Source of the DNA: Styela clava
Taxonomy: Eukaryota
Length of the DNA stretch: 64,000 nucleotides
Reading direction: 5' to 3'
Assembly: GCF_964204865.1 (NCBI RefSeq)
Contig: NC_135254.1
Coordinates: forward strand, 18,228,001 to 18,292,000
How positions within the stretch are numbered: the stretch's first letter is position 1; every line of letters starts with the position of its first letter. The notes beneath the pieces are model-generated. The model saw only the letters and a program-made list of their open reading frames with translations, was not told the origin of the DNA and ran no database searches. Made by a program: the position numbers and the translations under genes. This document shows, in pieces, positions 48,749-59,633 of the stretch.

Positions 48749-50908
48749 TCTGGTTAACGTGTACATATATTTGGGAATTGCTCTCTTGTTTCTGTTATTA
48801 TGGTAGCCTTAAGACAGATATATTATTAAAATCATCTCAATAATTTCAATCAGCGAAGCACAACTGTACATTGGTCTGAAACGGTTCCATTTTCCAGTGC
48901 ATTCAAGTACAGAATTAGGTACGCATTACCAAAATTACGTCCGAGGTGCAATCAACAGGATCAAGTGAGTGTTTTTTGTTTTAGTATATGTGCAATAACA
49001 ATTCTCTTTAATCACAGCTTAATATTACACATTTTCAACTTTGCTACGTTCCTGCGTAAAAATACCAGTAAGGGTAAGTTAAAAGTTTTCGTTCGACCGT
49101 ATCCTATCCGAGAAAACTTTACCGGTAGCGCACTTTCAATCCGAAGTGTGTTCTTATCAGCGATTTATCATTTTGCGTTTTTCATAATCGTTCCAGACAA
49201 AAAATATTCAAGTCTTCTTGTGATACCATATCAACTTGTGCCTTTAAAAAATAATTTTTTTTTTTGCATACAGTTAGTGGTCACTTAAGACTAATTTTTT
49301 GTAATCTCTTTGACTTCAAAGTTTGTTAAAAGCGAATATATACATCTAAAAAGTGGAATGCTGTATTGAGTGCAATCCCCAAAATAAGTAGATTCAGAAG
49401 CAAGTACACCAAATACATTTGCATCTACGGAATAATACTGAGACAAATCATATTTTTTATATTTTTAGAATCAAGTTTGATTGCAAGATGTGGATTTACT
49501 CTACTGATTAGTTACGTACACAGAAAACGTATGAAAACGAATAATAATTGAACTTACGACAGTTTATTTGATGAGTATAGTTTCTATCTTTGTGATGTTT
49601 ACAGTGAATAGAACACTCTACGTTGCATATTCCTTAATATTCTGCAAGTCCAAAATTTCCATCGTAAGATTTGCTGAAAGGCCCAATGCCGCGATTTTAG
49701 TAAAAAAAAACGTATAATTCAAATCTCTATATCTTGCCAACGTCAAAAAACCCTGACAGAAAATTTTCTAGGATATATTGGTTCTGATTTTGCTGGGGTT
49801 GTTCATTAAATTCGATTTTGTCGAATAATCAATGTGCTCAAGTTTTTTTTTTATGACATAAGAACAACATTTGCCGGAGATTTTATTTTTAACTCGTACA
49901 ATGTATCGAGGTCAGTCTCCTTTACTCCTGAGTTGGTGCGCATGGCCTTGCTTGCTCTTATAAAAACAAAAAATCAATGCTTCAATATATGGACACGAAA
50001 GCTAAAATGAAATAGCATCATAATCGTACAGTATCGGCAGACTGACGCATTTTTTTTAAATTTTGAAATGAAAAATAAATTCCATATAGCCCACAACAGT
50101 TTTTTAAATTAATTAGAGTACAACAATCTTTACCCAATGCAAAATTCAAAGCAATTGGTTCCATAGATAGAGAAAAGCGACAAAAAGTGAAATTACACCA
50201 ACAATAACGTAACAATAACATGAAAAAGAAAGCAATTATAGGTACATATCGTGTCCAATAAAATGAAGTTCCAAAATTGAAATAAAAAACAATTCAAAAC
50301 AAAGATGCTGACGCGAAGCATTTCTCATAAGTATATATTATTTGGTCCTTCTGGCGTGGAAGTTTTGCAATATAATTAGATTCTTCGTTTATTTTTTGAT
50401 GAATACTGAATTATGGATGTTAAAAATGAGAGAAGTGTGTTTTGTTTATCAAAAATTTTAAAAACTAATTTATTTTTCTCTAATTATAAGCTGTAATTTT
50501 TCGCTTGACTGCAAGATGAAGTTGGTGTAAAAACTCAAGTATATATGTGCATATAGTTAAGAGTTAAAAATTTTGGAATGAATAATTCCATAAAGACCAC
50601 ACAAGTCTTTGAAACTAATCAAAGCAAAAGCAATTGGTCTTGTAGTTAATGAGAAACGCGATTTTTTTTTTCACAACAAAAAGAAGAATTCCGACTACAA
50701 CAATAGCACAATAACAAAATGGATATCGGACAGGACAAAGGACACGTCCATTTCGCGTCCAATGACGTGAAAATTTAAAAATTAAAATAAAAAACGATTC
50801 AAGTGAAAGTTTTTACACAAAGCGATAAGTATATACAACTTAGTCCTTCGGGGTGCCGAAAGTCAAACAGAAACCACTCTCAATGATAGTATAAAGAGAA
50901 GCCAGATT

Positions 50909-51805
50909 TTGAAAGAGTTTTCTTCTCCATATTTGTCACAAAATTTCGTTCCTGACATGTTAAAAACATACAATCGTCGAGTTCGTCAGAGGCAAGCTCA
51001 AACACGTGCTGAAGAAACACGAGCCCGACTTTGGCACGAGAAACGTAAAGAGAAAGATGCACTTCTGGCTGAAATTTTACACAACAAATTAAAACTCCAA
51101 GAAAAAAAGATTATCGAACAACCCACACTTCCTGAGCTGACTTCCGACATGAGCGAACACATAAACAAAGCACTAGTTCCATATCCTCCAAATCAAGTCC
51201 TTTCTGAGTGTTTCAACATTTCAATAACCCGCGAGCACATGTCGACTTTGTTCGGTCTAAATTGGCTTAATGATGAAATTATAAATTTTTATATGGAATT
51301 GATTGTTCAGCGCTCTAAAGATGTAAAAGATTACCCCGCAGTACATTCCATGAATACATTCTTTTATCCTCGATTGAGTACACAATCTTATACATCAGTA
51401 CGTCGGTGGACAAAAAAAGTTGATATATTTTCCAAAGACATCGTTCTGTATCCAATACATCTTGGCGTGCATTGGTGTCTAGCTGTCGTTGATTTCATAT
51501 CGAAACAAATAAGATATTATGATTCAATGGGTGGAGCCAATCGGGAATGCCTTGAAATCCTAAAAAATTATCTTCTTTGTGAGCACAAGGATAAAAAAGG
51601 ATCAGAGATCAATCTTTCTGACTGGCAACTGTTGTCAATGTCTGATATACCGCAACAAATGAATGGATCAGATTGTGGAGTCTTTGCTTGCAAATTTGCA
51701 GAGTATATTACTTCTAAATCAGACTTAACATTTTCCCAGCGAGATATGCCTTACTTTCGGCGAGCCATGGTATGGGAAATTATCAACAAAAAACTTCTAC
51801 GGTAA
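50909..51805 (+). CDS. SENP1: SENP1/2-like SUMO-specific protease (Ulp1 / peptidase C48 catalytic domain), copy 2; first ATG at 50957 (282 aa)
   Basis: Translation identical to copy 1, with the full His-Asp-Cys triad. Confidence 0.92.
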   Translation: MKEFSSPYLSQNFVPDMLKTYNRRVRQRQAQTRAEETRARLWHEKRKEKDALLAEILHNKLKLQEKKIIEQPTLPELTSDMSEHINKALVPYPPNQVLSECFNISITREHMSTLFGLNWLNDEIINFYMELIVQRSKDVKDYPAVHSMNTFFYPRLSTQSYTSVRRWTKKVDIFSKDIVLYPIHLGVHWCLAVVDFISKQIRYYDSMGGANRECLEILKNYLLCEHKDKKGSEINLSDWQLLSMSDIPQQMNGSDCGVFACKFAEYITSKSDLTFSQRDMPYFRRAMVWEIINKKLLR

Positions 51806-53370
51806 TATGACATTGTACTAATATATTTATATCATTTTCGGATCTTGTTTACTTTGGTAACCTTTGTTAAATATTATTATCTGCTTCCCATCCATTATGA
51901 TATCATTATTCTGGCTACCATGCTCCATTGATATATATATATTTTCATTATTGGGGGGGGTTGTGTTTCGAAATTTAGAGGGTGGTAAATATTTTGCCAA
52001 TAGCGATGAAACTATTTGCAACTTATAAAAATGTGTTATGTATATGACAGACCATCTACTCTACACTGATAAATATACCATTTTTTGAATATTCAAAGAC
52101 AATTTTACCGAAGTTAGGTATTGAAGTCTGGCATCACATCTGGGGAATGTAGGACAATCACTAGGGTTGCCTATTTGGGAAGCTAAAAAACATAAACGAA
52201 AGCTGTCAATGATAAAAGCTAATCAAATAAATCATATCTTATTCACTTCTAATACGAGGAAGAACAATCTACTTGCGAGCATTGATATGAGGAATACAGT
52301 CATGTTTCGCTGACGTATAATACTCACATATACGTACTGACTTACGTGATATTGATGAAATCCAAATTTCAAAATGCAAGTAGTGTGGGTACATGTACTC
52401 GAAATGCTGATTGCATTCGCAAATTATCAAAAACAACAGTAAAGTCTGTGAAAAAGAATCTCTGTGGTAAATAATATGTCGAACTATCGATTTCTTGTAA
52501 AATTGAAAAAAAAAAAAAAAATTTAAAAAAAATAAAATTTTCAAGATCAAAAATAAACCGAAAATAAAAGAGTAATGAAAAAAAAAATAAACAACTGTAA
52601 AAAAAAAAACAAATCAAACGACTAGACCGGGAAACACGACCTTTTTTTTTGTCAGCTGTTTTATATTGTAATTTTTTTTTTCAAACCGATGCGCAGCCTG
52701 TTGCATTTTATTTCTCGCTAAACCTCCAATAACAATCGTTTTTCAATTATTTTAACATACGTCGGTCAGTAAACATACGTTTTTTGAATTTAATTATGTC
52801 AACTCAGTTGTCATTTTTCTACTAAAGTCAGTACATCCTTATGGTTGTTTCCAATCAACAGATGCACAAAACTTAACTACGACATTGCATGATTTCCTAA
52901 ACACGAAATAAATTACCACTCTGCATCACTCGGCTCAAAAAAGAAGATTTAAACCCTCATATATATTGCTCAATACTCTAATATATAAACACATACAAAA
53001 TATACCATAAATTTAATGACTAACACATTTGGGAAGCTAAAGAACATAAACGAAAGCTGCCAATGATAAAAGCTAATCAAATAAATCATATCTTATTCAC
53101 TTCTAATACGAGCATTGCTATGAGGAATACAGTCATGTTTCGCTGACGTATAATACTCACATATACGTACTGACTTACGTAATATTGATGAAATCCAAAT
53201 TTCAAAATGCAAGTAGTGTGGGTACATGTACTTGAAATGCTGATTGCATTCACAAATTATCAAAAACAACACATGAGTTCAAATGTACGTAAACAAAAAC
53301 AAAAAAATTCCATAGGTGCATGTAAATATACGACAAACCATAAACTTAATGACTAACACACGGTTGCCGA

Positions 53371-54081
53371 TATGGTTTTCGAAAATTACCAAACGCTATC
53401 CCCTGATACCGGAAACAATATTACATAACAACTTCCTACGTACCACCATTGCTCAACATTTGCATCATTGATCAACATTTGCTCAACATGTGCAACATTA
53501 TTTGGGTATTGCTCAACATTTGCATCATTGATCAACATTTGCTCAACATGTGCAACATTATTTGGGTATTGCTCAACATTTGCATCATTGATCAACATTT
53601 GCTCAACATGTGCAACATTATTTGGGTATGGTTTTCGAAAATTACCAAACGCTATCCCCTGATACCGGAAACAATATTACATAACAACTTCCTACGTACC
53701 ACCATTGCTCAACATTTGCATCATTGATCAACATTTGCTCAACATGTGCAACATTATTTGGGTATTGCTCAACATTTGCATCATTGATCAACATTTGCTC
53801 AACATGTGCAACATTATTTGGGTATTGCTCAACATTTGCATCATTGATCAACATTTGCTCAACATGTGCAACATTATTTGGGTATGGTTTTCGAAAATTA
53901 CCAAACGCTATCCCCTGATACCGGAAACAATATTACATAACAACTTCCTACGTACCACCATTGCTCAACATTTGCATCATTGATCAACATTTGCTCAACA
54001 TGTGCAACATTATTTGGGTATTGCTCAACATTTGCATCATTGATCAACATTTGCTCAACATGTGCAACATTATTTGGGTAT
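53371..54081 (-). repeat. Mirror copy of the subterminal 60/256-bp array
   Basis: Exact reverse complement with the same copy numbers. Confidence 0.95.
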
Positions 54082-55322
54082 CGAATCCGACCTATACTAC
54101 TACTTATGTACCAACCAATTAAAATTTAGATGGTTTTAATCTATTAAACAAAGAAACACCCACTAATACCAAGTGGCACTAGATGCATTTCATTTCTATA
54201 TTACTTGCCGTTTGCGAAAGATCTCAGATTTGAATTTATTTATTGTGTTCAGAAAACTCGACGTTTTCTTTTCTCTGCCGCATGGCATAGGCACATAAAT
54301 TTAATGTTTAATATACATCACATAAAGTACTAAAATACCTTTTTTGTTAATTCATTGCCCAACTCTCTGTTATTTCTTTATGGCCACCCCATAAATCGTT
54401 TGCTTGCATCAGCCATTCGCATTCGCCCATGCTTAAGTGGCATATCTTACGAAAGCAAAATGCTGTTATCCAGTAATAACGGCGACAAAAAATAAACAGT
54501 CGGAATTGTAAGCGTCACTGCGCGTGGTTCCCACTGCCGACGAGGAATTTACAAGCACCACGGCAAATAGTCGAACGGATAATATTATAACGAGGTTCTC
54601 GAACTAATCTTAAGTTGCGATTGTTATGCATCGAAGGAAGAGAGTATCACCGATCACATGGATTTGTAGAAGCACGCCACATGACATAAATTTTACAATG
54701 AGGTATTTATGTAAAATGGCAATCTATCTGTTTGCTCTTCCATTCCCATATTATTTAGCGAGATTTGCACCATTTGTCACAAATTTACGATGTCATTCGA
54801 TTTATGCACGTTTGGAACCGAAACCTCTTTTTGGTAAATAATAACGGTAACTGTAATTTAGACAGTAAATAGGCGTGCTCAGTTTTACATTTCAATTTAT
54901 TAGTCTATGGACGGGTTTACCCTTTTGTAGAGTTCCGGTTATCGACGCGTATTTTTCTTATATATGAATAATAACTAATCTACAATACGTTCGCCATGGA
55001 TCGAATGGCTTACCTATATGTATCAATAACATGTTGACGACAAACACCTGTAACGTAAACAATATATTGTGCAATTCGACCTTGTATCAAAATTATGTGC
55101 TAATTCGCACTTTATTTAGAGAATTGTGATAGATGATTTTGTAGGATGAATGGTATACTTTAACCCATTGCTTAAACATCGCTGATACTATTTTCTATGT
55201 TTGCAAAAAATTAGAAATTATTTCTTTAAAAAACTTTTGTTTTTATTTCATATTCGAGAATAGGAGCGTTCATTAATGCTATTTAAAAAAAAATTATCTT
55301 TTCGTGTTCTTTGGTAGTTGCC

Positions 55323-55890
55323 TAATTATTTCAAATAGTTTTTCATTGGAAAATGAGTGGTTAGCATGTGATTGACTTCAGAGTTTGTCGCAAAACACTT
55401 AAAATTTTGTGCTTTCGGAACCAGTCAACAATATTTGACAATGACATGTTACATACATCGTCCTGTTGTTGAAACGATAAGCCAATGGGAATCAGGAGTC
55501 CAAGCAACGCCCACCAATTCTAGGCTCGCGACTCTGATTCAATTGAATTTTTATAGAACAAGGCGAATGTGGCTTGTATCATTTAATTGGCGGTATTTGA
55601 TTTCTAAATTTTGTGAGTTGCATAATTATTTCAAATAGTTTTTCATTGGAAAATGAGTGGTTAGCATGTGATTGACTTCAGAGTTTGTCGCAAAACACAT
55701 AAAATTTTGGGCTTTCGGAACCAGTCAATATTTGACATGTTACATACATCGTCCTGTTGTTGAAACGATAAGCCAACGGGAATCAGGAGTCCAAGCAACG
55801 CCCACCAATTCTAGGCTCGCGACTCTGTTTCAATTGAATTTTTATAGAACAAGGCGAATGTGGTTGTACCATTTAATTGGCGGTATTTAT
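55323..55890 (+). repeat. Two-copy tandem duplication, 300-bp period
   Basis: TAATTATTTCAAATAGTTTTTCATTGG at 55323 and 55623; paired ORFs 55372 and 55672. Confidence 0.9.
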
Positions 55891-57449
55891 TGTCTAACCC
55901 GCCATATTTGGCGCACGTCGCAGAAGTCACTTTCCTGACGCCATCTGTATTTGTAAATCAAATATTTGTTTCGTCATAATCATTTACTTCATGAAATCCG
56001 CAAACACTGTGTTTTGGAACATGTTTTGGCATAGCACAAAGCAACATCGAAATCACGAGAATCCGACCCAACATATGTTTGTTTTAAACATGGAAATTTT
56101 TGAATTGAACAGAACATTAAAATATATTTTTTTTTTAGAAATAAATTTTGAAATTATTCAATTTTAGGTTTGTACTCAACGGCTCATTGTTAAATACAAA
56201 ATTGGATATTGGTATTTATTTTTAAAGAAGCAATCACATAGGTTTTCCGAATATTGCAACTCATAAAATATCAACCTCGGAACGGAACGGAACACTCTAT
56301 TCTGAAGCGCACTTTTCATGAAATGAACGTGATCATAGCAACATCAAACTGATTATTTATAAGCTTATTTATGTTGAACACACGAAGATAGTGCAACCAA
56401 TCAGGCAATCACAAAGATATATTCTTCATCTAGCGCAGTCATCGCACTAATATGTTGCTGATACAAGACCATGCCAAATCTTCTACTCCCGATATGTATA
56501 CCAAATATATCACTTGTTGTCCCAATAGTGACAATATGTAGCATTTGTATCGGGTGTATGAGAAGAAGTACTTTCATCCTCCATAATTCCGTTACCAAAC
56601 ACAATACGAGGATCATATGTAAGCAATATACCTTGCACCTCTGGTATACCATAAATGCGCATTTACCGAATTCAGCTTTTATACATGCGCATGCCTTGAC
56701 TGATGGAAAAGGGAATTCTGTTATTTTTTTAATCCAAGTTCACTGGATACTGGAAATTGCTGTTGAAAATGACACATTTAGCTTCTTTCTCCGACATGAT
56801 TTTTGAAGGATATTTATTGTTATACCTTTATATGTGATATACTTAATCAAGCTTTTGCGTTTATTTCCGTTCGTCTTAAATTCAAAGGTAACTTCTTTCA
56901 GTTGTCAATTGTGGGAATTTTGTAACGTAAGGGGCCAATGTTGAGACGGACAAGCACATGAATTCTGCACAGACTCGACATGGTTGAGTAGCTACGGTCT
57001 ATAGCTATAATCTTTCGACTTTGATACCATCATGCTGTTCGGCACCCTTTGAGCTGGTTGGTGGGTTCAAAAATGCATTGGTTCAATTAGAGAAACCTTT
57101 TACTTAAAAATGCAGTTCGAGAGTTATGTCGAAGCAATGCCATAACCATAAGGTGCTTACTTATTGACAATATTTGAATACAAGTAGACATAGTAATATA
57201 AGCACACAAAGGGAACATTTCGAAGATGAGAAAAAATTTCAGTTTGTGATTCAACCATATTTGGTATTCATTTCTGAATTCGACCGATCAGGTTTGGTAC
57301 AGACAACAGGGTGTCTCAAAAATGTCGTGTCCCACTTATCCCACGTGACCCACTTGTACCACAGGTCCCGTGTCACACTTGTTCCATGTGTCACACTTAT
57401 CCCACTTGTCCGGTACTCATCCGATATTGATGCCTTGTGATATTGAAGC

Positions 57450-58430
57450 ATCAGATGTCTTGTACACCTACATCTTATACATCAGATGTTTTGTCCACAT
57501 GAATCCCATTTATCATGGATACCATTTACCAGATGTTTTGTCTATATACATTCATATCACGAAATGTTTTACCACCAACATTTGCTATGTTTTTGTTTTT
57601 TCATGAAATCTCTTTCATTAGCGGTTTTGTCCACATAAATCCCTTTCGTCAGATGTTTTGTATACATGAATCCCGTTTATCATACATCTCATTACCAGAA
57701 GTTTTGTCCATATGCGTCTCATCCAGCCGTATTCAGTACTCATAGATATCCGTTCATTAGGGGTTTTGCCACATATATCTCATTCAACAATATTTTGTCC
57801 AAATACATTTCACTCGTCAGATGTTTCGTTCACATCCATCTCATTCATCAGATGTTTCGTTCACATCCATCCCATTCATCAGATGTTTCGTCCACATCCA
57901 TTCCATTCTCCAGGTGTTTCGTCCACATCAATCCAACTCATCAGATGTTTCGTCCACTTTCATTCCATTTTTCAGGTGTTTTGTCCACATCAATCTCACT
58001 CATCAGATGTTTCGTCCACATCCATTCCATTCTTCAGGTGTTTCGTCCACATCAATCCAACTCATCAGATGTTTCGTCCACTTTCATTCCATTTTTCAGA
58101 TGTTTCGTCCACATCCATTCCATTCTTTAGGTGTTTTGTCCACATCAATCCCACTCATTAGATGTTTCGCCCACATCCATTCCATTCTTCAGTTGTTTTG
58201 TCCACATCAATCCCACTCATTAGATGTTTCGTCCACATCTATTCCATTCTTCAGGTGTTTTGTTCACATCCATTTCATTCACCAGATGTTTTGTTCACAT
58301 TCATCCCATTCTTCAGGTGTTTAGTACACATCCATCCCACACATTCGATGTTTTGTCTACATCCATTCTATTCTTCAGATGTTTTGTCCACATCCTGTCC
58401 ATCCATCAGATGTTTTGTCCACATCCATTC
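57450..58430 (+). repeat. ~31-bp minisatellite (CAGATGTTTCGTCCACATCCATTCCATTCTT-like), homogeneous in 57815-58430 and degenerate to the left
   Basis: Visible periodicity; it generates repetitive RCFVHI / SSDVSST ORFs in all three frames. Confidence 0.92.
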
Positions 58431-59633
58431 CGTTCCGGTTGTTGGACATTTTACTGCATTTGCGGTCCCGTTGTTGAAATAAAATTGTGGTAAAAAATGA
58501 ATAGCTTACTTTTTCTGGTGAACTCAGTTATTAATTTATGTTTTTTTTACATCATATTAGATCTTTTTACGTTACAACACGCAAATAACTAGTACAGCAG
58601 TAACGTGTAATAGATGTTCCTCCGACCTTTGACCCCACGAAAATTCATTATATGGACCTTTCCCCGAGCATCAACTTCCTTGTTTACTTCGGGACATTAG
58701 TCAATCAGCAAGATGCAAAAAGTGACGTAACTATGCTCCCTTTGCGCATCCGCTCAGACACTTTTCCCACTCAGACAGATTTTCAAGCGTGGTCGTAAAC
58801 ATTACCTCGTTTTCGCATATTTGAACTCTATTCGTTAGTTTTCAGTTGTATTTCGGAAACTTAAATGTAAACCAGATAATTCAATGATCACTTCGTCTTC
58901 CTAGGAGTTTTAATAAAAATTAGTGTAGAAATAGCTGTGATAAACTAGGCTAAAATTCTTTACCGGTACTTTTAAAAACAGATATATACGATAATTCATA
59001 ATGATGGTTTCAAACACACACCCCATTTTACAGGCGCCAACTCGCAAAAGCACTCTTAAAATAGCCCCAAAAATTTTGCAATGGTCAAGTAAAGGAAGAA
59101 TTTTTAGGGGGTCTTAGATCGGGAAAAGGTCCATACCTTTCTAATAATAAAATTTATATTGAATTGCTATGAATACTCTTATAATTTCACACAAACATAT
59201 TTCATATAATTTCTTTGCAGTTCTGTAAACGTCCGCGTCGTGTTGTGAATATATTACATTTTTGCGAAGTAGGTGCGTTCCGGTTGTTACGATTTTTCCA
59301 GGTCATCACTGGTCAGAATAGCTGAAAAATATTTTCATTTTTTGTATGTATATACAATCAAATTTTTATTGAAAAATATCCGTCATAAATAGTAATTACA
59401 ATCTTCAGTAAAATCAGTTATAGTTCACCTACACACCAATTTCCACAACCTTAAAAAATTGCTCTGATTATTCGTTTAAGTCAAGTGAAGCTCTTCCCAA
59501 GTGAATAAAATCCTATACAGTACGTGGGACAAGTGGAAGACGTGGAACACGACATTTTTGAGACACCGTATACGGCATCACCATTATTCGATGCACCAGG
59601 GCTCCTTTCTTACGAGTGGAAATCGAGAGTGTA

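Larger units (their letters stand above)
42126..54104. mobile_element. Non-autonomous Polinton/Maverick-like palindromic element (11,979 bp) carrying two SENP1-like ORFs
   Basis: Left junction TATGTA|AGTAGTAGTATAGGTCGG, right junction CCGACCTATACTACTACT|TATGTA: a perfect 6-bp TSD (42120-42125, 54105-54110), 5'-AG...CT-3' ends with (AGT)n terminal repeats, and long TIRs. No pPolB, integrase, ATPase or capsid ORF. Confidence 0.85.
48749..54104 (-). repeat. Right inverted arm (5356 bp)
   Basis: Begins TCTGGTTAACGTG, the reverse complement of the left-arm inner end ...CACGTTAACCAGA. Confidence 0.96.

Noticed and set aside
50909-50956. TTG start of the 298-aa SENP ORF as given in the track
   Set aside because: In a eukaryote the first ATG (50957; mirror 45272) or an upstream spliced exon is more plausible.
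42126-54104. Autonomous Polinton/adintovirus, or Ginger/Zisupton/MULE as the outer element
   Set aside because: There is no ORF for PolB, integrase, ATPase, capsid or transposase. The TSD length (6) and AGT ends do not fit Ginger (TGT ends, 4 bp), Zisupton (8 bp) or MULE (9 bp).
42126-54104. Pure fold-back read/assembly artefact
   Set aside because: Unique flanks on both sides joined by a perfect TSD, a unique spacer and a few arm differences argue for a real insertion. Read-level confirmation is still desirable.
57666-58493. 149-167 aa His/Ser/Phe-rich ORFs (zinc-finger- or mucin-like look)
   Set aside because: Translations of a 31-bp minisatellite open in all three frames; no C2H2 spacing.
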